From an uncultured Alphaproteobacteria bacterium (GTDB lineage Bacteria; Pseudomonadota; Alphaproteobacteria; Rs-D84), in the NCBI GenBank assembly GCA_944389515.1, contig CALXMQ010000002.1, forward strand, positions 3,233 to 67,232: 64,000 nt of DNA, in the 5' to 3' direction. Below, piece after piece: positions 1 through 8,650 of the stretch. The first letter of the stretch is position 1. Every line of letters begins with the position of its first letter. Made by a program: the position numbers and the translations under genes. A model generated the notes under the pieces. The model had not been told where the DNA came from and did no database searches. It worked only from the letters and a program-made list of their open reading frames with translations.

Positions 1-32
1 AAACGCCCCGTTCAACCCCGGGGCGTTTTTTT
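1..32 (+). terminator. Rho-independent terminator for a gene left of the window
   Basis: Perfect 10-bp stem AAACGCCCCG (1-10) / CGGGGCGTTT (19-28) with an 8-nt loop, running into a T-tract (26-32). Confidence 0.55.
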
Positions 33-242
33 AGAGAACAGATAAAAATACTAACATTATTCGTGGTTTGTTGCCATCAATTATGTAAAACCAACATTTT
101 TGTCATTGTGGATTAAATAAACAATCCAGTTATTATGAACTTATTTGCAGCGGCAAATATATTTTCATAGATTTCCACGCCATTGACGTGGATTACAATG
201 ACAAATGGGGGCATGTTATATACCCATCCAGATATCTGGTTT

Positions 243-268
243 ATAAAAATACCGCCGAATTGGCGGTA
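243..268 (-). terminator. Rho-independent terminator downstream of the 249-aa Cys-rich gene
   Basis: 7-bp stem TACCGCC (250-256) / GGCGGTA (262-268). On the minus strand it is followed by TTTTTAT (A-run 245-249 on plus). It lies about 40 nt after the stop at 310. Confidence 0.5.
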
Positions 269-309
269 TAAATTTGTAATTGATTTGTTCGTCACAAACA
301 TGCGTCCTG

Positions 310-1059
310 TTATCGCATATATGGATTATAAATATTGGAATTCGTGCCACGTTGTAATTGTTCCAAATTGCGCGTTATACACACGCGCATACTGTCAACA
401 CAAGTACGCATATCATTACGATTGACTGCTAAATCCTTGCATTCTTCTTGGGCTGTTGTACAAATATTGTTTGCGCCCTGACCCGGTTGATATACATCAT
501 ACAGTTTTAATGTGGCAATATCTGTTTCAATTTGACGTTTTGCAGCACCTAAATCAGAATTACTAATTGCAGACGAAATCCTTTCCAAATTACGCGACAA
601 ACAATTCATAACATTTTCTGTTGTGCCACTGCGGCAATTTTCTGCCCCTGTGACACCATTATTTCCGCCAACATATGTATCAGATGATGATGTATTCGAA
701 GATGATGCGCCGGCGGCTTCTAGCTTAGATGTTAAAATCTCGCGTTCCAGTTGCGTTTTAAGGCGACTGAGTGTTGCATCCAAGTAATCATATTGTTTTT
801 TCAACTGCTGGGAAATCACGGTGGATTTTAATGCCACCACATCGCGCATTATTTGTTTATCTGCGGCACTTGTCGGATTCTGAACCAATCCGATGTTATA
901 CGCATGCGTGCTGCACAATGCTAATTCAGGTGTTATAAAATTATTATCATCATCACTGCACCCGTTATCAGATGCCGCGATTGCCGAACCAGATACACAG
1001 ACCACCGCCAACAGGCTGGCTGTACGTAAATATGATAAAAATTCAGTTTTTAATTTCAT
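310..1059 (-). CDS. Secreted cysteine-containing protein of unknown function (249 aa)
   Basis: ORF 310..1092, with the start moved to MKLKTEF. This gives a Sec-type signal (..LLAVVCVSGSAIA|A) and avoids overlap with the upstream gene. C-terminal C-x6-C-x12-C-x6-C spacing is shared with the 674-aa and 1043-aa proteins; the middle is coiled-coil-like. Confidence 0.6.
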   Translation of the reverse strand: MKLKTEFLSYLRTASLLAVVCVSGSAIAASDNGCSDDDNNFITPELALCSTHAYNIGLVQNPTSAADKQIMRDVVALKSTVISQQLKKQYDYLDATLSRLKTQLEREILTSKLEAAGASSSNTSSSDTYVGGNNGVTGAENCRSGTTENVMNCLSRNLERISSAISNSDLGAAKRQIETDIATLKLYDVYQPGQGANNICTTAQEECKDLAVNRNDMRTCVDSMRVCITRNLEQLQRGTNSNIYNPYMR

Positions 1060-1064
1060 CTTTT

Positions 1065-3089
1065 TTATATTGGCTGTGTTAAATTCAAACAACTGGTAAA
1101 ATTTTCAACACCTGTGCAATCACATCGATTATTGCTAAAATCCCATACGCCACCAAAATTCATGCACAATGACATTTTTGCAGCATTTATTTGGGCATTA
1201 CCAGATTCCAATGTTTGCTGAACATCCGCAACGACGCCAAACGGATCAGACAAAGAATATGTTGAAACAGGCGTTATTTCACTGACTGTTTTGGCGGTGT
1301 TTTCATTACTGCTGACGCAATCCAATCTGTTCCAGTCAAATGTTTGGTCGTCAAAGTAACATACACAATTTTGTGCCTTGTCATCCCAACTGGCCCAGTT
1401 ACTGGTGCTGTGTTGGCACAAACATTTTGCATAATCACCACCCTTTTGTGCATCACACACTTCATAGGCAGATATCACAGATTCACTGTTTGTTTGACTG
1501 ATATTTATACCGCTGTTTGCGATACGTTTCATTTCTGATTCTGTTACGCAAACTTTATCTGGCAAATCTTTTAATGACGCAATTTTTTGCAAATCACGAT
1601 ACGTGTCATCATTTAATTTGCAATATGGCAATCCATCGTTTTCTGGGGTGCGACGTGATGATAATGTCGAACCACCAATGCCATATGCAGACGGTGCGTC
1701 TTGTTCAATTATACGTTGCAATGTATCAATATCAATTTGTGCCTGGGCACGACGATTACGGAACAAAGGCGAATTATCCAAAATTTCAGACGCACATCCA
1801 ACACGAACCTGGACACCACCTTCGCCTATTTCGGGATATAACCAGTTACGTTGCACTTCTGTATCGCTTTCCAAAACCTTTATCAACTGGCACCCACCAT
1901 CAGACATTGGAACAACCTGGCCGGGTTTACAATCAGCCCCACCAAACACAGTGCCACCACCAGTTTCAACCGGTACCGATTTACCATCAACACAATTATT
2001 ACCGTTATAATGCATAACCTGGCCTTCGGCACACAGGTATTGCCCCCATGCATTGCATGTGCCGTTCAGCATCATGTAAATATCTGTAATATCAACACCA
2101 ACAGATTGTGCCAAAATCAGTGCATCATAAACTTCATCCAAAACATCGTTATATGGGTCAAAGAACTTTAACGCTTTTTCCTTGAACGTTTTGACACGCT
2201 TTGGCCCGGCGCAATTACTGCCCGAAGAATCGCATCCAGCATAATTGAACACATCGTTCATCGCCGCCTGGGCGGAACGCAAGGCAACCTCTGCATTTTC
2301 AATTTTGGTGTAAATTTGACCAGTAATTTGTTCACGCGCCAATAAATCCGCCGATATACCGGCGGCCGCCGCAGTCTGTTGCGCCACAGTCAATTCAGAA
2401 TTATTTGTTGTTGTGGTTGCGGCAGAATTTGTCATTGCCCCAGATGTCGCCGTTTGAATTTGATTGGATACATTATTCAATGCCGTCTGGTTTGCAGATG
2501 CCGCATCGGCAATGGCCTGGGCGGTGGCCTGTTGCTGTTGCGCCAATGCCGCCTGAATCTGGGCGGCAGTATCAGCACTTTGCTGTTGCATTTGTTGTTG
2601 CATCTGTTGCATTTGCTGCTGCATTTGTTGCATTTGCTGGCTGCTTTGTTGGGCAGCCGCCTGGGCTGCAGCAATTTGTGCATTTGCAGTCGCAGTTTGT
2701 GCCGCCGCATTTGCATCGGACACCAACTGGGCAGAAATATATTCAATTAAATCATCGCCATATTGTGAACATGATGGATTAGACTGAACACACCCAGATA
2801 CAATCGGGCGCGCAATGTCCATACTGGTGCATCCGCCATTGGCGCATTTTGGTTGCGCACAACGCAAAATCAATGCATTGCAATTACCAAAATCTGCCGT
2901 GGGGGCAGTGGTCGCACTGTTCGCGCGTGGATTCATATATGCGTTCCACATGGCATTGTTGTCGGCGCCAGAACTGCTGTTAAAAGCGGTTAAATTACTG
3001 CCCACGGTTGTGGCAACTGGCGACGCAGCATGTGCGCCGACGCTGCACAAACCCAACGCGACTAATAAAAATCCGGATATGTATTTCAT
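1065..3089 (-). CDS. Secreted Cys-rich / Gln-Ala-rich protein of unknown function (674 aa)
   Basis: ORF 1065..3140, with the start moved to MKYISGFLLVALGLCSVGAHA|A (cat at 3087-3089, AAGAGAG upstream). Contains a C-x6-C-x4-C-x4-C-x12-C-x6-C module, then a (QQM)n/AQ low-complexity stretch, then a long Cys-rich C-terminal half. Confidence 0.65.
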   Translation of the reverse strand: MKYISGFLLVALGLCSVGAHAASPVATTVGSNLTAFNSSSGADNNAMWNAYMNPRANSATTAPTADFGNCNALILRCAQPKCANGGCTSMDIARPIVSGCVQSNPSCSQYGDDLIEYISAQLVSDANAAAQTATANAQIAAAQAAAQQSSQQMQQMQQQMQQMQQQMQQQSADTAAQIQAALAQQQQATAQAIADAASANQTALNNVSNQIQTATSGAMTNSAATTTTNNSELTVAQQTAAAAGISADLLAREQITGQIYTKIENAEVALRSAQAAMNDVFNYAGCDSSGSNCAGPKRVKTFKEKALKFFDPYNDVLDEVYDALILAQSVGVDITDIYMMLNGTCNAWGQYLCAEGQVMHYNGNNCVDGKSVPVETGGGTVFGGADCKPGQVVPMSDGGCQLIKVLESDTEVQRNWLYPEIGEGGVQVRVGCASEILDNSPLFRNRRAQAQIDIDTLQRIIEQDAPSAYGIGGSTLSSRRTPENDGLPYCKLNDDTYRDLQKIASLKDLPDKVCVTESEMKRIANSGINISQTNSESVISAYEVCDAQKGGDYAKCLCQHSTSNWASWDDKAQNCVCYFDDQTFDWNRLDCVSSNENTAKTVSEITPVSTYSLSDPFGVVADVQQTLESGNAQINAAKMSLCMNFGGVWDFSNNRCDCTGVENFTSCLNLTQPI
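2575..2645 (-). repeat. Imperfect 9-nt tandem repeat (CAGCAAATG-like) encoding QQMQQMQQQMQQMQQQMQQQ
   Basis: Plus strand reads tgctgttgcatttgttgttgcatctgttgcatttgctgctgcatttgttgcatttgctg, inside the 674-aa CDS. Confidence 0.7.
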
Positions 3090-3172
3090 ATTCTCTCTTG
3101 AGATCAATTTTAACATAAAAAAATCAAACTGAAAAGACAAAAATCACGCTGCTGTAATGTATCAGATATAAA

Positions 3173-3200
3173 TTGACAAAAATATATTTTTGTATATTAT
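3173..3200 (+). promoter_or_regulatory. Sigma70-like promoter TTGACA-N16-TATTAT, 6 nt upstream of the ATG at 3207 (leaderless-type)
   Basis: TTGACA at 3173-3178 and TATTAT at 3195-3200. There is no SD between the -10 and the ATG. Confidence 0.4.
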
Positions 3201-3206
3201 AAAATC

Positions 3207-4985
3207 ATGATTATAACAAATGGTGTTTTACAGCATGTTGCCCCAGGCGATTTAAGCACGCGTGGTATTTTACGTATTCCAAATGGTGTAACAAACATCA
3301 AAACAAATGTTGGCAACAATATAACTGGGTTAAAGCAAATATATTTACCTGAATCATTAAAAAACATCCCAGAATATGTATTTTGCAACAACCCAGGATT
3401 GGTTGCGATTTATTTCGGTCGAACAATAGATTCAATCAGCAATTCTGCATTTTCAAAATGCCCGAATTTACAGCATATACGTATGCCTGATGATTGGCGC
3501 AACATGTATTCTTGGTTTCGCGCAGCGACACAAAACATCACATCAATTTCACAATATGACGCGAATAACAAACTGAACAAATACAAATTATGCAAATATT
3601 ATAATCGTTATTACCATGAATCAGATGTCAGACACATTGGGCAATACAGCATACATACATTATACCGATTAAATTTATTTGCACCAACCACTGCTTTATT
3701 TACCCCAGAATCTGAAATCGGTATCCGTTCAGGTCGGCAAATATTTATACACCACAGGTTTGAAGACGCAATATTACATATGCGCAAACATCAAATAAAT
3801 CAAGAATTCGAATATGCAATGCGCATATACGACATAACGCATCCTGGGAACGAATTAAAAAATTTAGATTGGCAAACGATTTTGCGTAATGCATTTCAAA
3901 ATTCTGTGTACACGCAACGGCATATCAATGTCAAATTCCGTAATACTGCGCGAAATTGGATAAAAAACATAAACGTATACGCCAAGCAATTATCTGATAT
4001 TGAAAAAAAATATCCCAATGTTGGCCCAGAATTTTTAGAACTGGATACACTGTCAATGGATGAATTGATTCAAATAATCACACCAATAAAGTCCAAAAAA
4101 AGCGCAGTCAATCAATCTTGTACCAGATGGTTAAAACGCCACCCGGTCACCCCAGATGAAATGAACGCCATTGTTCGCGCTGGGTATAAAAATCCAGGCG
4201 CATTTCCATATTCTTGGCTGATAAAAATTCCACAAAATTGTCGCGGAAATGCAACACGACGACTGCACCGAATATTCAAAGATTTTTCTGTAAAATTATA
4301 CAGCCCACAATATTATACTGATACAGATACAGAATTACACAATACCGCATGTAAAATATCTGCAATTATTAAACAGCCGATTGATATCAAATACTTGTCT
4401 GTTGGTAATTTTGCCAAAACATTTACTTTACAAATCCCAGGTGATAAAAAGTACGTATGCAAAATATATCACAGTGACAGAACATACAACTTGGTAAAAA
4501 AATATAATCACGATACAGAATTACAAAATTCATTTCTGGTCGGTGGACGTCGGTATTATGGAAAAACAAAATTCAGAAAAATATCAACCGCCGGCATCAG
4601 TAATCAACGCGGTGAAATATATTTGATATATCCATATACAGACCCAGAACCATCACAATCAAGAATATATAAACCGTTCGAACAAACACAATGGTATATC
4701 TTGAACGACATGAACCGTGATAATTATATGGGCAACACGATAATAGATATTGGGGCACTGCATATCAACTATGACCGATGGTCACAACCGCAATATGTAT
4801 CAAAAATAACGAATACAGTACTGTATCAATCATGGAACGCATTGGGATATGTTCTGAACAATTACACAATATCCCAAATAAATACAGCCATTGATTTTAT
4901 TTCAGAACGTGTTTCGGCACGAACATGTATTGATTATACAACAATACAAAAAAAGTTAGACTTTTTACGCCAAAAAACACGATAA
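3207..4985 (+). CDS. BspA-type leucine-rich-repeat protein with a C-terminal region carrying protein-kinase-like motifs (592 aa)
   Basis: The N-terminus has the LRR_5-like pattern (ILRIPNGVTNI..., IYLPESLKNIPEYVFCNNPGL, ISNSAFSKCPNLQHIRMP). The C-terminus has VCKIYH (beta3 Lys-like), ELQNSF (alphaC Glu-like), LNDMNRDN (D-x4-N catalytic-loop-like) and IIDIG (DFG-like). No signal peptide. Confidence 0.5.
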   Translation: MIITNGVLQHVAPGDLSTRGILRIPNGVTNIKTNVGNNITGLKQIYLPESLKNIPEYVFCNNPGLVAIYFGRTIDSISNSAFSKCPNLQHIRMPDDWRNMYSWFRAATQNITSISQYDANNKLNKYKLCKYYNRYYHESDVRHIGQYSIHTLYRLNLFAPTTALFTPESEIGIRSGRQIFIHHRFEDAILHMRKHQINQEFEYAMRIYDITHPGNELKNLDWQTILRNAFQNSVYTQRHINVKFRNTARNWIKNINVYAKQLSDIEKKYPNVGPEFLELDTLSMDELIQIITPIKSKKSAVNQSCTRWLKRHPVTPDEMNAIVRAGYKNPGAFPYSWLIKIPQNCRGNATRRLHRIFKDFSVKLYSPQYYTDTDTELHNTACKISAIIKQPIDIKYLSVGNFAKTFTLQIPGDKKYVCKIYHSDRTYNLVKKYNHDTELQNSFLVGGRRYYGKTKFRKISTAGISNQRGEIYLIYPYTDPEPSQSRIYKPFEQTQWYILNDMNRDNYMGNTIIDIGALHINYDRWSQPQYVSKITNTVLYQSWNALGYVLNNYTISQINTAIDFISERVSARTCIDYTTIQKKLDFLRQKTR

Positions 4986-5007
4986 CCAGAATACAATTTT
5001 CAAAAAA

Positions 5008-5736
5008 TTACATGTCTGTCCATGTACAAATCACAGATGCATGTTCTGTATCATCTGTACGGATTTTATGATGACTGGTTAAACCATCGATTGCGACATC
5101 AACAGAAACCTGGGGGGTATCTGGTTTAATTTCTTTTTTGAAATTTAATTCAATACGTTTTAATTTATGCTGATTACGATAAATGTATCCGACACTTTCT
5201 GTTGCCCACACAGCATACACCGCATTATTTATATGCTGGTTCACATCAATATCATCAAAACGGCATTTCATCGTATGTGTTTTGGTTGGTGTAAAGTCAG
5301 GAAATTTTTCAAACGGCACATCCCATGCGCGTTCTGGAATAATTTCCCAATACGGCAGATTTTCATCCAACTTCATCGGGCGCCGACGCGTCATATCAAT
5401 CAAAACCCATTGCGAAGTTGCACGTACCAGTAATCGGTTATCTGCACCGCGCACTTCGAAATCACGCGTGGCACGCAACACATCATGTGCAGACGGCCAT
5501 GTGATAAACGATAATTCTTCGCCTTCGTGTGGCAATTCCAGAATATCGACCAAATAATGCGTTACAACCCATGCCATATTATGTTCTAATAAATATGTAC
5601 GGCCACACCCCAATATTTCTGCATGTGTGTCGGCGACACCTTGTAATTCGTTCATCAATATCAATGGACGTACATTGCCGTAACGGTCGCATTGATATGC
5701 CTGTAACACACGTTTAACAACTAATTTTTCAGTCAT
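5008..5736 (-). CDS. Acyl-ACP thioesterase family protein
   Basis: 242 aa with a double hot-dog pattern typical of PF01643: ..WVVTHYLVDI..P.EGEEL.ITWP...RATRDFEV.., WVLIDMTRRRP and DDIDVNQHINNAVY. Confidence 0.7.
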   Translation of the reverse strand: MTEKLVVKRVLQAYQCDRYGNVRPLILMNELQGVADTHAEILGCGRTYLLEHNMAWVVTHYLVDILELPHEGEELSFITWPSAHDVLRATRDFEVRGADNRLLVRATSQWVLIDMTRRRPMKLDENLPYWEIIPERAWDVPFEKFPDFTPTKTHTMKCRFDDIDVNQHINNAVYAVWATESVGYIYRNQHKLKRIELNFKKEIKPDTPQVSVDVAIDGLTSHHKIRTDDTEHASVICTWTDM

Positions 5737-8145
5737 TTATTCTGCCTTTGCTTGCGGTGCTGCGACAACAAAATCAATCGTGTCACCCAAAATAATTTCA
5801 TTTGCACGTGCGGCTGATTTTATCACACCATGTAATATGGTTGGCGTTGTAGATGGAATTGTCAAAGAATCAAGTTTGGCACCATTGCCAACCTTGCGTT
5901 CTGTGCGCATGCCACGCACTGTTTTTAATATATCCAGCGCGACCAACATTTCTGACACATCAGAATCACGCGCCGCGTCAACCATTGGATATGATGTCAG
6001 ATGTAAAGTTTCGCCACCTTCGTATGGTTTATAAATTTTTTGCCATAATTCTTCGGTTTGAAACGGGATAAATGGCGCATACATACCAATTACTGCACGT
6101 AATACTTCAAACAAAGTCCATTGTGCTGACAACTTGGATTCCGCGGTATATTTTTCCGGTGACCAGAATCTGTCCTTGATAAATTCCAGATATTGGTCAC
6201 AGAACACTTCGTAAAAGAACGTGTCAATCGCTGCACGTGAATTATAGTTGTCGTATTTATCCAAATGTTTGCGAACCGTTGCAATCGTTTTATTTAATTC
6301 AGACAAAACCCACCTGTCTTCGATAAAACGTTTTTCCACCGGAATCGATGTGGCGGTATCTGGTTCAAAATCGGTCAAATTCATCAACACGTATTTCGCC
6401 GCGTTCCACAATTTGGTCAATAATTTTGAACCACGTTTAACTTCGTCATCACTGTAACGAATATCCGTACCGATTGGTGCCGTTGCCACCCAATAACGCA
6501 GTGCGTCTGCACCAAATTTTTCAACAACAGTCAATGGATCTGTGCCGTTACCCATGGTCTTGGACATTTTTTGCCCCTTGGCATCACGTACCAATCCGTG
6601 AAAATTCACCGTTCTGAACGGAACCTGGCCCATGACGTACATGCCCATCATTATCATACGTGCCACCCAAAAGAATATAATGTCGGCGCCAGTGTATAAT
6701 AAATCTGTTGGATAATACTTTTTTAATTCTGGGGTTTCATCGGGCCACCCCAATGTTGAAAATGGCCATAACGCAGATGAAAACCATGTATCCAGCACAT
6801 CATTATCACGTGTCAATTCTTTGCCACCAGATTGTGTTATCGCGTCTGATTCAGTTTCCGCAACATATACATTACCATCTGAATCATACCACGCAGGTAT
6901 CCGATGTCCCCACCACAGTTGGCGTGAAATTGGCCACTGACGAATATTATTCATCCATGACATATACAGGTTATACCGATGTTCTGGCATAAATTTAATA
7001 TCACCATTTTCAACAACACGTATCGCATCAGGTGCTAATTTTTCAGCATCAACAAACCATTGGTCTGTTAAATAAGGTTCAACAACCACGCCACCCCGTT
7101 CTGAATACGGTGTTGGAATAACCTTGTCTTCGATTTTTACCAATAAACCAGCCGCATCAATATCTGCAACAACCGCCGCACGCGCATCAAATCTGTCCAT
7201 GCCACGATATTTTTCTGGCACCACAGGATTATCATTTAACTTTGCGTCTGGGGTTAAAATATTGACAGGTGTTAAATTATGACGAACGCCCACTTCCCAG
7301 TCATCAAAATCGTGCGCCGGTGTAATTTTCACCGCACCGGTTCCTTTATCAGGGTCGGCATGTTCATCTGCGATAATTGGAATTTCAATATCAGTCAGTG
7401 GAATAATCGCACGCCGGCCAATTAAATGTTTTAATTTTTCATTTTCTGGATGTATTGCGATGGCCTGGTCGCCAAACAATGTTTCTGGTCGTGTGGTTGC
7501 AATTTCCACCACACCCCCACCAACCAATGGATAATTAAAGTAATAAAATTTTCCATGTTCTTCACGAGTTTCTACTTCCAAATCAGACACAGATGTTTGC
7601 TGTTTAGGGCACCAGTTTACCAATCGTTTTGCACGATAAATAATCCCGGCATTATACATTTTAACAAACAATTTTGTCACCGCATGTGACAAACCGTCAT
7701 CCATTGTAAAGCGTTCACGCGACCATGCCGGCGTAACCCCCAAGATATGCAACTGGTTTACGATTTGACCACCTTTGTCTGCCTTCCACGCCCAGGCAGT
7801 TTGTAATAATTCTTCTTTGGTCAAACTGCGCGGATTTATCCCACGTTTTGACAAATCACGTTCAACCAATAACTGGGTAGCAATAGACGCATGATCTGTA
7901 CCAGGTTGCCATAACACATCATATCCACACATACGTTTGTAACGACAAATTATATCTGTTAAAACATTATCCAACGCATGCCCCATATGCAAATTACCCG
8001 TTACATTTGGTGGCGGCATCATCACACAAAACGGCGTCTTGTCCGATGTTACATCGTTTGCCCAAAAATTATTAGAATCCCAAAACTGCTGAATCTTGGA
8101 TTCCATTTCACGCGTGTTTATATTTTTACCCAGTTCTGTTTTCAT
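5737..8145 (-). CDS. valS: Valine--tRNA ligase (short form, no C-terminal coiled coil)
   Basis: PPPNVTGNLHMGHA (HIGH) and KMSKTMGN (KMSKS), with class Ia editing-domain architecture. 802 aa. Confidence 0.9.
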   Translation of the reverse strand: MKTELGKNINTREMESKIQQFWDSNNFWANDVTSDKTPFCVMMPPPNVTGNLHMGHALDNVLTDIICRYKRMCGYDVLWQPGTDHASIATQLLVERDLSKRGINPRSLTKEELLQTAWAWKADKGGQIVNQLHILGVTPAWSRERFTMDDGLSHAVTKLFVKMYNAGIIYRAKRLVNWCPKQQTSVSDLEVETREEHGKFYYFNYPLVGGGVVEIATTRPETLFGDQAIAIHPENEKLKHLIGRRAIIPLTDIEIPIIADEHADPDKGTGAVKITPAHDFDDWEVGVRHNLTPVNILTPDAKLNDNPVVPEKYRGMDRFDARAAVVADIDAAGLLVKIEDKVIPTPYSERGGVVVEPYLTDQWFVDAEKLAPDAIRVVENGDIKFMPEHRYNLYMSWMNNIRQWPISRQLWWGHRIPAWYDSDGNVYVAETESDAITQSGGKELTRDNDVLDTWFSSALWPFSTLGWPDETPELKKYYPTDLLYTGADIIFFWVARMIMMGMYVMGQVPFRTVNFHGLVRDAKGQKMSKTMGNGTDPLTVVEKFGADALRYWVATAPIGTDIRYSDDEVKRGSKLLTKLWNAAKYVLMNLTDFEPDTATSIPVEKRFIEDRWVLSELNKTIATVRKHLDKYDNYNSRAAIDTFFYEVFCDQYLEFIKDRFWSPEKYTAESKLSAQWTLFEVLRAVIGMYAPFIPFQTEELWQKIYKPYEGGETLHLTSYPMVDAARDSDVSEMLVALDILKTVRGMRTERKVGNGAKLDSLTIPSTTPTILHGVIKSAARANEIILGDTIDFVVAAPQAKAE

Positions 8146-8224
8146 ATATTATCCCCGATTAGTGTAATACTTTGCCAATCCTAGCACTTTTAAAATAAAA
8201 TTCAAGCATGGACACATGTAATTA

Positions 8225-8252
8225 TTGACAAAAGATTTTAATAAATTATAAA
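8225..8252 (+). promoter_or_regulatory. Sigma70-like promoter TTGACA-N16-TATAAA, 7 nt upstream of the ATG at 8260
   Basis: TTGACA at 8225-8230 and TATAAA at 8247-8252. No SD. Confidence 0.4.
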
Positions 8253-8259
8253 TATTCAT

Positions 8260-8646
8260 ATGAACAATATTATTTATAAATTTTTGTGTACCATGATTCC
8301 ACAAAGTTCTATATCTGTATTCAACAGTCCTGTGGTAACGGTGTATGCTTTTGATACTTTCGATGCAAATGCCCAAGAAATACATGTTGATATACAACTG
8401 TTCAATTCATACAATGGCCCAACGGGTCCCCGTGTTCAATATGATGTATTTATAAATGGCGAACTTATTGAATCTGCGACAAAAACCGTATTAGAAAAAT
8501 CAAAAACATTAAAAAACAGCATGGCCGATAAATTGGAACATCTGGCACAGTTATGTTCCAAGAAAATTATTGCCCAAGAATATGAAAGTCAAAAAGTACA
8601 TATGCTGAAACAATTTGCATATACGCAAAATCAATGGGAAAGTTAA
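8260..8646 (+). CDS. Hypothetical small protein (128 aa)
   Basis: The only sizeable ORF in the 505-bp valS/comF gap. It is preceded by a canonical promoter placed for a leaderless start. No recognisable motifs. Confidence 0.4.
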   Translation: MNNIIYKFLCTMIPQSSISVFNSPVVTVYAFDTFDANAQEIHVDIQLFNSYNGPTGPRVQYDVFINGELIESATKTVLEKSKTLKNSMADKLEHLAQLCSKKIIAQEYESQKVHMLKQFAYTQNQWES

Positions 8647-8650
8647 AATA

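Noticed and set aside
113-425. Small ORFs 113..301 (-) and 183..425 (+) in the left intergenic region
   Set aside because: They are mutually overlapping, have no SD or promoter, and have AT-rich low-complexity translations. The region contains the terminator of the 249-aa gene.
2379-2782. Repetitive DNA around 2.4-2.8 kb as a possible CRISPR or satellite
   Set aside because: The period is 9 nt and in frame within a long CDS (Gln/Ala/Met codons). There is no spacer-repeat organisation.
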